This document shows positions 22,526 through 29,688 of a DNA stretch of 36,538 nt, in pieces (positions within the stretch are counted from its first letter, which is position 1; the number at the start of each line of letters is the position of its first letter). Source of the stretch: Sanchytrium tribonematis (taxonomy: Eukaryota); NCBI GenBank assembly GCA_018985235.1, contig JADGIG010000033.1, positions 1 through 36,538 on the forward strand, read 5' to 3'. The notes beneath the pieces were generated by a model that worked only from the letters and a program-made list of their open reading frames with translations, made no database searches and was not told the origin of the DNA. Made by a program: the position numbers and the translations under genes.

Positions 22526-22676
22526 ACGTTTCAAAAACAATTTTAAAAAATAATTTTGCATCATTAATCGATACTTTTTATTGTGGCATGATAGTCAAGG
22601 TTTACTCTTTATACTGTCTACATCCATATTATGCTCGTTTTTAATTTGAGATGAAGGAGAATTCCCTTGACACTTA

Positions 22677-23144
22677 ATGGGAAGGAAATCCAAAGCAAGA
22701 AAGCTCGTAAGACAAACCCGTAGACTACAAGATGCGCATCACAAACACCCAAAGCCAGTTGATAAACTTCTTAAGGAAAGATGGTCTAAAGGCGAGTATA
22801 GACAACAATTACAAAATCTTGGGTTAGAAATGAATGTTAATGATGTAAAAATGGCAGAGCTAAACAATGCAATTACTGCACTGGAGCCAATTGAGCGTAC
22901 CGATTCCGAATTTATACAGAGTTTATCAAATTTGGAAGGTCGAACCAGTTATTTTTATTTGAGCGAAAATGAATGTGTGACTCTGAATGCCTTAATAAAA
23001 AAACATGGTAGAAACGTTGATTCCATGTTTAAGGATATAGATCTCAATGTCATGCAGTGGAGCACAGGCCAATTAAGAAAAAAAATTAACAAACTTGAGA
23101 AAGAACTTAATTTATTAGAACTAAAGAAACCTAATGTTCAGTAA
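22677..23144 (+). CDS. NOP16: Nucleolar protein 16 (60S biogenesis)
   Basis: W.K....Q.LQNLGL..N.N; LSENE...L..LIKKHG.NVDSMFKDIDLN.MQ.STGQLRKKI. Confidence 0.85.
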   Translation: MGRKSKARKLVRQTRRLQDAHHKHPKPVDKLLKERWSKGEYRQQLQNLGLEMNVNDVKMAELNNAITALEPIERTDSEFIQSLSNLEGRTSYFYLSENECVTLNALIKKHGRNVDSMFKDIDLNVMQWSTGQLRKKINKLEKELNLLELKKPNVQ

Positions 23145-23808
23145 ATATCTCTTCAAAATCCCAAGCTAAGCACAAAAATGAAGTAATAGCTACACATTTT
23201 TCTAGGTAGTTGAAAGCTTTTCTCCAATTGGAAAGAAACAGCCAGGTGAAGGGAACAAATAACAAGGCAAACAGTAGAGCGGTAAAAATCATATTTAAAA
23301 GACTAATTGTAAATTGGACCAACAGCATATAAATAAGAGATCTGGCTGTGAAAGGACTACTACTCAAGAGAAATAAATTAGCAGTAATACTGTTCGAGTA
23401 GCTATGTATCCCACCCACTCGAGGCATTTTTCGGAACTGAGCAGGAAGAGAAAATCCTTCTTCCACATAAATATTCTTGATAATCACTCTATTGATTAAA
23501 AGATCCACAAATGCTAAACATCTCCATGAGTATAAAATCAAAAAGCTAAGAGGAATTCCTATCGGAGGAACAATCATTGTTGCGAATAATACGATGCTGC
23601 ACATTGTCCACGAAAAGCAAAAAGAAGTCCACATCAATCTAAATATAAACTCAAAGGTGAATCGCAGAATTAAAGTACCACAGGTAGGCTCTGTTTTAAA
23701 TGCAATATTTTCAACATCTTGCAAGTAACCTGAAGTTTTTCGTTCTTTCTCTTCTGATTTAAGCGGCACATTCGAACAAATATCGTCGTAAGCTGGAGGA
23801 CTTTCCAT
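23131..23808 (-). CDS. Multi-pass membrane protein with N-terminal PPxY motif
   Basis: MESPPAY followed by about 4 hydrophobic helices; the 3' end overlaps NOP16 by 14 bp. Confidence 0.7.
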   Translation of the reverse strand: MESPPAYDDICSNVPLKSEEKERKTSGYLQDVENIAFKTEPTCGTLILRFTFEFIFRLMWTSFCFSWTMCSIVLFATMIVPPIGIPLSFLILYSWRCLAFVDLLINRVIIKNIYVEEGFSLPAQFRKMPRVGGIHSYSNSITANLFLLSSSPFTARSLIYMLLVQFTISLLNMIFTALLFALLFVPFTWLFLSNWRKAFNYLEKCVAITSFLCLAWDFEEIFTEH

Positions 23809-23864
23809 TTGAGGTAACGGTACTAGCTACTATATTAATATATCCACCAATCACAATATACCAA

Positions 23865-24674
23865 TCATTTGCTCTTTTCAAATTGAATTGCCTTGTTCAT
23901 TAAAGCCTCAGTGTTGACCACGGGTTCATCATCGTCTGCTTCTTTATGACTTGTCATACGAGAATCAAATTGAAATTCTGAAGGAACGTCGTCCCTTTTC
24001 TTTTTCCTTAGGCGATGCTCCAATTGTTCTTGTTGGAATTCTTCATAGTCCCTTTTGTCTCCAACAACAACTTTCTTGTCTTTAGTGAGCACTTCCAACG
24101 AATGCTCAATAAACAACTGCTGCTGCTTTAATGCTTTTTGCTCTTGGATTCGTCTCTGGTTTAATCTTTCCTTCAACTTATGATCAGCTTCATACAATGC
24201 TTCCGCCATTTTCCCAAAATTTTCGTTCATCTTTGTTTCTTTTTTGTGTTGATGTGCCATTCGTTTATCTAAAGGAATAACAAACCCTTGGGGATTTTTG
24301 TAGTTACTCACGCAAGGCGGAATATTCCACTTTTTCAATTCTTCTTTGTTGACTATACTTTTATGATCAATTCGAATCGGTTGCGAAGTATTTGTGGGTA
24401 GTTTTTTAAATTTTCCAAAGGTTTGCAGAGGATCCTTTTTTTCAACAATCATGTGAGTATTCCCATGTGTATCGTTGTAGAATTGAACAGGGTTTTCTTT
24501 CGATTCTTTTTTCATTAATTCATTATTTGGTCTAGATTTATTTGGATTTTCTTCAATCTTTTTTACCTCTTTGGTTTGCAATTTGGAGACATCAATCTTT
24601 TGAGATTTGACAGAAATGTCAATTACTTTAGTAGGTGCTGGCGCAACCGAATTTAAAGTATTTAAAAGATCCAT
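23865..24674 (-). CDS. PRP45: Pre-mRNA splicing factor Prp45/SKIP (SNW1), shortened and divergent
   Basis: KDPL..KF, WNIPPCVSNYKNPQGFVIPLDKR, NENFGKMAEALYEAD, QFDSR, C-terminal IQFEK; ATG at 24674. Confidence 0.92.
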   Translation of the reverse strand: MDLLNTLNSVAPAPTKVIDISVKSQKIDVSKLQTKEVKKIEENPNKSRPNNELMKKESKENPVQFYNDTHGNTHMIVEKKDPLQTFGKFKKLPTNTSQPIRIDHKSIVNKEELKKWNIPPCVSNYKNPQGFVIPLDKRMAHQHKKETKMNENFGKMAEALYEADHKLKERLNQRRIQEQKALKQQQLFIEHSLEVLTKDKKVVVGDKRDYEEFQQEQLEHRLRKKKRDDVPSEFQFDSRMTSHKEADDDEPVVNTEALMNKAIQFEKSK

Positions 24675-24891
24675 TGAAACTAATGAAACGATGGAGAATT
24701 GTCCCACTTATTGTATAGCACAAAATAATTATAAGAGCCACGCCATTTATAGCGCAAAATTATTATAATTTGAAGCATTATTAAACATTGAACGGTATAT
24801 TAAAAGTTGACAGAGCAGCTGGAATTTGATTGGCGAGAATGGCCTTTGATTGGATTGAAAGTTATTAAGAGTCTTAGGGCTCCAACCTGCA

Positions 24892-26808
24892 ATGAAATGG
24901 CTGCTGACATTCAATTCAACTTGCGTGGAAACTATAGTTCAAGAAATAAAAAGCGCGCTACCTGTTACGCTGCCAATGCATGTATATACTAATTTTCCAG
25001 TTATTGAAATTGAGGCAAACTCGTCTCAAATCGCTGTTTTGAGCAAGATACCGTGCATTCTTACCAATGAAAAGCAAATTATGTTCAAGTCGCATGAGAC
25101 CCAGTCTCCAACTTCCTGGGTTTTGGATTCTCTTGATGGAACTAAATTAGATGACAGTTATTCTTTTACAAGAACTGGTAAGGATGTTCAAATTTATGTG
25201 ATAGACTCTGGAATAGACACGACTCATAGAGATTTTGAAGATAGGGCAGAGATTACCATGTTAGTCAATGAGACTCTGAATGACTGCACAGGGCACGGAT
25301 CTCATGTAGCTGGGCTTATAGCTGGGAGAAATGTGGGTGTGGCAAAGAAAGCAAAGATTCACTCCATCAAAGTCATAACATGCACTGATGATTCTGACAA
25401 TTTTATTATTGTGAAAGCGTATGATGCTATTGTATCTGATTTTAACTCTAAAGGTCTTAAATCTGCATTGGTAAATTTATCTTTGGGGCCACATGCTGTC
25501 AATGGAGACTTCCCGCAGTCGCCTAGCTTGGAAGCCGCAATTAATGCCGCTTTTAACAAGAACATTCTAACTATTGCAGCGTCTGGAAATGACAATCTCG
25601 ATGCCTGTTCTGGAACTCCTTCTAGACTAGATACAGTTGTGACTGTAGGTGCTATAGATCAAAATTTCGCTAGAGCATCGTTTTCTAATTTTGGAGATTG
25701 TGTTAAAGTTGTGGCTCCAGGTGTGAATTCTGTTTCTGTGAAAGCAAATACAAATGATCAATATACAATCAAGCAAGGTACAAGTCAGGCAGCTCCACTT
25801 GTCACTGGAATTTTAGCGTTAATTTTAGAAGATAATCCTAATGCAAACATTAAAGATCTTTATGGAATCCTTAGAGGCGAATCTTATGGTGATGGAGTTT
25901 CTGATTTGAAGTCTTCAGCCAGTGTACTTGCTCAAACATATTTACCAGATGGAGATAAATCTGGTAATATCCAATTTGATTCAATTGATTACGCAGCATT
26001 ACAGGGAGATACCATATTGCCTTTATGGGCCATAATTTTAATAGCTTTTGCTGTACTCCTGATTTTGGGAATTGTCATTTTTAAATTGACTCGTAAGAGG
26101 AATAAAAAAGCTTCGAAAAGAAGAAGAAAGTTGCCTAGAGCGAATCGGCAACACACTGCAAATTCTGAGCCTATTCTTGAACAATTCCACCAAGCTCCAA
26201 ATCAAGATAGACGCCCGAACTCTGTAGGATTGCCAGTCATTCGAGACACTCCTAAATCTAAAATTTCTCGCCAATCTACAATTGATTTTGGCAGGAGTTT
26301 CACTGAAGGAAAAAAATCTAGTAGTCAAAAAACCTTGCTATTCAAATCTTCAAGCAAAGCTAGAAACAAAGCACCTGATGTCATTAATAAGCATCAACAA
26401 TTAGCTTCTTCTTTTGAGCAACACATTGTACCCCCTGGAGTCAAGAACAGAGCAGATCTTTCCCGCCATTTGTCTTTAACAAAAGCTACTAATTCTTCAC
26501 ATAATACTAATAGATACTCGGATTCTCGAATGCTTGAAAAGAATAACAAAAGTAATTATTTATCACCACAGCCAAGTATTGCGGATGATCTACCCCCGAT
26601 TGATCCAAACAGGACGAGCAAGTTCATATTGACTCCAGATGCTAGTCCAGACAAGGGTACATTGAAAAAACAGAGCATTATAAGCTCGCCGGAGTCTGAA
26701 AGCACAATTGTGCAAATTAGTCCGCATGATGCTCCCCCAAGACAGAAAGGTACACTATTGGATCACATTGAACCAATGTCTCCTATAAATTTGGACTTCA
26801 ATTTTTAA
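24892..26808 (+). CDS. Subtilisin S8 (proteinase K-like) protease with I9-like prodomain, TM helix and long cytoplasmic tail
   Basis: Catalytic triad IYVIDSGI / GHGSHVAG / GTSQAAP, oxyanion ASGN, TM segment LWAIILIAFAVLLILGIVIF followed by a basic cluster. Confidence 0.9.
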   Translation: MKWLLTFNSTCVETIVQEIKSALPVTLPMHVYTNFPVIEIEANSSQIAVLSKIPCILTNEKQIMFKSHETQSPTSWVLDSLDGTKLDDSYSFTRTGKDVQIYVIDSGIDTTHRDFEDRAEITMLVNETLNDCTGHGSHVAGLIAGRNVGVAKKAKIHSIKVITCTDDSDNFIIVKAYDAIVSDFNSKGLKSALVNLSLGPHAVNGDFPQSPSLEAAINAAFNKNILTIAASGNDNLDACSGTPSRLDTVVTVGAIDQNFARASFSNFGDCVKVVAPGVNSVSVKANTNDQYTIKQGTSQAAPLVTGILALILEDNPNANIKDLYGILRGESYGDGVSDLKSSASVLAQTYLPDGDKSGNIQFDSIDYAALQGDTILPLWAIILIAFAVLLILGIVIFKLTRKRNKKASKRRRKLPRANRQHTANSEPILEQFHQAPNQDRRPNSVGLPVIRDTPKSKISRQSTIDFGRSFTEGKKSSSQKTLLFKSSSKARNKAPDVINKHQQLASSFEQHIVPPGVKNRADLSRHLSLTKATNSSHNTNRYSDSRMLEKNNKSNYLSPQPSIADDLPPIDPNRTSKFILTPDASPDKGTLKKQSIISSPESESTIVQISPHDAPPRQKGTLLDHIEPMSPINLDFNF

Positions 26809-26857
26809 TAAAAACTCCTATTTCGGAATTTTGTTTCAATCGCTGCTTTGTCAAATT

Positions 26858-26863
26858 CACGAG
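26858..26863 (+). promoter_or_regulatory. Variant E-box CACGAG upstream of RPL35
   Basis: Starts 43 nt before the ATG, similar position to CACGTG in the other RP promoters; flanked by the direct repeat AATTTTGTT(T)CAATC. Confidence 0.45.
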
Positions 26864-26900
26864 ATTTAATTTTGTTCAATCAAATTCCAGGTTCTTCTTA

Positions 26901-27245
26901 ATGGTAAAAGCACACGAACTTAGAAACGAGAGTGATCAAGAATTACAATCACAACTCAAGAACTTGAAAACCGATTTACTCAATTTAAGAACTCAACAAA
27001 AATCCCAACAACAGTCCAAAAAATTTAAACAACTATCTAAATTGAGAAAAGACATCGCTCGTGTTTTGACAGTTGCTAATGAACGCCGAACTGGTGTTGT
27101 GGATCCTAAAGGTTTGAAAAAAGGTGTTAAAGTGCAAGGAAAGAGAGTTAGAACTTTAAGACAGTCAATTGTATACACCCAATCTAAAAAGCAATTTAAA
27201 AAGTCATCCAACTTTCCTTTGAGAAAATTTGCTTTGAAAGCCTAA
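26901..27245 (+). CDS. RPL35: 60S ribosomal protein L35 (uL29)
   Basis: VKAHELR, L..LK.DL..LR, RKDIARVLTV.N, C-terminal FPLRKFALKA. Confidence 0.93.
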   Translation: MVKAHELRNESDQELQSQLKNLKTDLLNLRTQQKSQQQSKKFKQLSKLRKDIARVLTVANERRTGVVDPKGLKKGVKVQGKRVRTLRQSIVYTQSKKQFKKSSNFPLRKFALKA

Positions 27246-27254
27246 TAAATTTAT

Positions 27255-27569
27255 TTAAAGGCAATCGTACTTCATTTTTAGTAAGACTCTTCGCTCTGTC
27301 TCTACCAAGTCAGCTAAATTTACATTGAAGTTTGAAGCTAAGCAAGACAACTTGATTGTTCTATCTAAGTAAAGTTTTTGCTTTATGGAGAAACAAGCCA
27401 AAAATACTAAAAATGACTTTGGATAACCCAATTGCACGAGTTTATCATACATTGAAAAAGATAAATCGATTATCAGCAAAGGGATTTCATTGTCTAAGCT
27501 CTTTTGAAATGCTTCACTGGCATGATCGCACCTCGGAGTCGATTCCTGTAAATTAAAATTAGAGACCAT
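27255..27569 (-). CDS. Small divergent cyclin-box protein
   Basis: LVFLACFSIKQKLYLD...LVETERRVLLKMKYD resembles cyclin-box helices 3-5. Confidence 0.55.
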   Translation of the reverse strand: MVSNFNLQESTPRCDHASEAFQKSLDNEIPLLIIDLSFSMYDKLVQLGYPKSFLVFLACFSIKQKLYLDRTIKLSCLASNFNVNLADLVETERRVLLKMKYDCL

Positions 27570-27572
27570 TCT

Positions 27573-27712
27573 ATGATGATAGATGCATCAAATGAAGAGC
27601 ACTCTTTAAGTATCTTTATTTGAGACACCATAGACCCACAATAGACCTCTTGCAACTATTGTGAACTATAGTACATTAATACACAGGATCACAGACCTGA
27701 AATCTGGTCTGA
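27573..27712 (+). ncRNA. Possible C/D box snoRNA (snR56/U25-like antisense element)
   Basis: ATGATGA at 27573; ATCACAGACCTG (27688-27699) complementary to conserved 18S CAGGTCTGTGAT; CTGA at 27697 and 27709. Confidence 0.22.
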
Positions 27713-27735
27713 AATTACAGTGTTTATTTACAAAT

Positions 27736-28805
27736 TTAATCTCTTTGTATGCTTGGAAGTTTATCAAATTTGCTTATTTCATTTCTAGAATATTGATGTG
27801 TTTCAGTTTGAGTGACATAAGATCGTTTCTAAATAAACAACTAATTACAATCACATGAGCGTCTGATGAGTTTAATCTTGCTTCTTCTTTTCTTTGCGAA
27901 TATGAAATCAAAAATGAGTGCTTTAAGAGAGTGGAAGCAGTAGGCCTGTGGAGCGGACTGTATATTAGCGATTCCTCAATAAACTTAATACAGTCTTCTG
28001 AAGGCCTTGCAAGAAACAATCTTTTAATCCCGTAGCCAAGACTTTTGGGGAAAGTAAAGGGTAAAGTAAAGGTTTTGCTATGATTGATATCAATCAAGTC
28101 TTGATCTGATGGTGAACCGATTGCTTTGTGAATTAATAAAAGTTGTTCAATAGCGTTTTTACCCGGGAATAAAGGTTTTTTAGTCATCATTTCAAATAAA
28201 ATACAGGACAATCCCCAAATATCCATTTTCTCGTTATAAAGACCAGACGTAAGTAAGTTTTCCGGCGCACGATACCACCTTGTCGCAATGTATTGAGTCA
28301 ATGGTCGCACCTCTGCGGAAATTCGAGCACAGCTACCTAGATCTGCAATTTTTACAATGGTGGCATCGATATTAAGAAGTATGTTTTCAGGTTTTACATC
28401 ACGGTGAAAAAATCCCTTAGAATGTATATATTCCAACCCTTTTAAAGACTGATGTATGATAAATTTTGCTTTCTCCTCGTTAATATATTTTTTAGAAAGA
28501 TACTCGTATAAGTTTATATCCATTAGTTCCAAGTCTAAGCAAAATATACAAGTTAAAGGATCGTAAATCATTCTATGTATTTTAATAATGTTGGGATGAT
28601 CTCCTAGTACTTTAAATATTTGAACTTCGCGTAAATAATCTACGTCTAGAATTGATTTTAGCTTTTTCTTAAATACTTTGAGTGCCACTGGGTTATCATC
28701 CGACATTCTTTTTCCGCGGACAACTTTGCTAAAAGTACCCTCGCCTATGACTCTGTCTATAATATAATAGTTTTTTAATGAATCTATTGTTAATGGAATA
28801 GACAT
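27736..28805 (-). CDS. MOK: MOK/RAGE/LF4-type (RCK family) Ser/Thr kinase; probably join(28805..27849,27828..27736)
   Basis: GEGTFSKV, FHRDVKPENIL, ADLGSC, TQYIATRWYRAPE.LLT.G.Y..KMDIW, PLFPG.N..EQ...IH..IG.P; the spliced tail ends KLPSIQRD* followed by AATAAA. Confidence 0.85.
27829..27848 (-). other. 20-nt spliceosomal intron (probable)
   Basis: GTAATTAGTTGTTTATTTAG fits the consensus (GTA, branch A at -6). It lies in the non-conserved tail, so there is no homology support. Confidence 0.65.
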
Positions 28806-29169
28806 TTTTTTAGAATTACCCTTCAAATCAATACCGTGATGTTTTAAAATCAAGCAAGTCGTGGATGTGTAACTCACACACCTGAGTTGTTGTCCCATTA
28901 CATAAAATTGAATCTTAAGTAATCAAATACAAACATAAGGATTTAATTATTTTCCCAAACGAGGGATTGGAGATTCTCTTCTCAATTATAATAATTTATT
29001 TCTAACGTAAATTAAGAAGCGCAATTGAATTTTTTTTATCATATTAAGCGGTGACTGGAAGTTTTTGTTGCTGCTAAACTTTGAGATTTCGGAATAAAAA
29101 CTTTTACGTGCAAAATATGTTTGTAATTCTCTACTTTGAAAAGATTTGCACAATTTACTCCACAATTTA

Positions 29170-29514
29170 TTAATATAATCCTAACAATGCGAAAACAGTA
29201 GCACTAACAGACAAGACTGAAACAGATGATTTTTTGTCTGATGACTTATTATCATTTGAAGACGATGAAGAGTTTGTGGCTACACCGATTCCATCAATGT
29301 AATTTTGTTGACATTGATTTCTGCAATCCAAATTACCGTTGCAGGATTGGAAACAGTCCGACGTTTTTTTGACTAATGCTGCATCTGGAAATGGTGTTCC
29401 AACACACTTTGCGCGACAATTCACATCAGAATCTTGACATCCATTGACACAAGATAATACTTCCGGTGATAATGCTGTTAAATTTTGAGCAGTGACAATT
29501 GCGGTGAAGATCAT
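29170..29514 (-). CDS. Small Cys-rich secreted, probably GPI-anchored surface protein
   Basis: MIFTAIVTAQ leader; 8 Cys (CVNGC..DVNCRAKCVGTPFPD..CFQSC..CRNQC); Ser-rich linker; hydrophobic C-terminus. Confidence 0.78.
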   Translation of the reverse strand: MIFTAIVTAQNLTALSPEVLSCVNGCQDSDVNCRAKCVGTPFPDAALVKKTSDCFQSCNGNLDCRNQCQQNYIDGIGVATNSSSSSNDNKSSDKKSSVSVLSVSATVFALLGLY

Positions 29515-29565
29515 TTGGTATCTAGCTGAATCTTCGGCTTAAATATATAGTAAATTGAGTATGCT

Positions 29566-29590
29566 CCAATCATTTTGAACCAATCATTGG
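29566..29590. promoter_or_regulatory. Cluster of three CCAAT boxes in a bidirectional promoter
   Basis: CCAAT at 29566 and 29580, ATTGG at 29586, between divergent genes. Confidence 0.45.
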
Positions 29591-29688
29591 TTTTCAAGTA
29601 CAGTCCCCTTGGTGGTTGTTATGCCAAAACTGTTAATTGATACAAGTCAATATAAATTATTCTTATTTTTTAAAACAATATTACATTG

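Noticed and set aside
24861..24877. 17-nt intron GTTATTAAGAGTCTTAG joining an upstream ATG (24839) in frame to the subtilisin
   Set aside because: Does not fit the consensus, adds no signal peptide, and the region looks like a CCAAT promoter
27546..27566. In-frame 21-nt intron GTCTCTAATTTTAATTTACAG right after the ATG of the small cyclin
   Set aside because: GTC donor and no A at -6; not needed to keep the frame; cannot be fully excluded without cDNA
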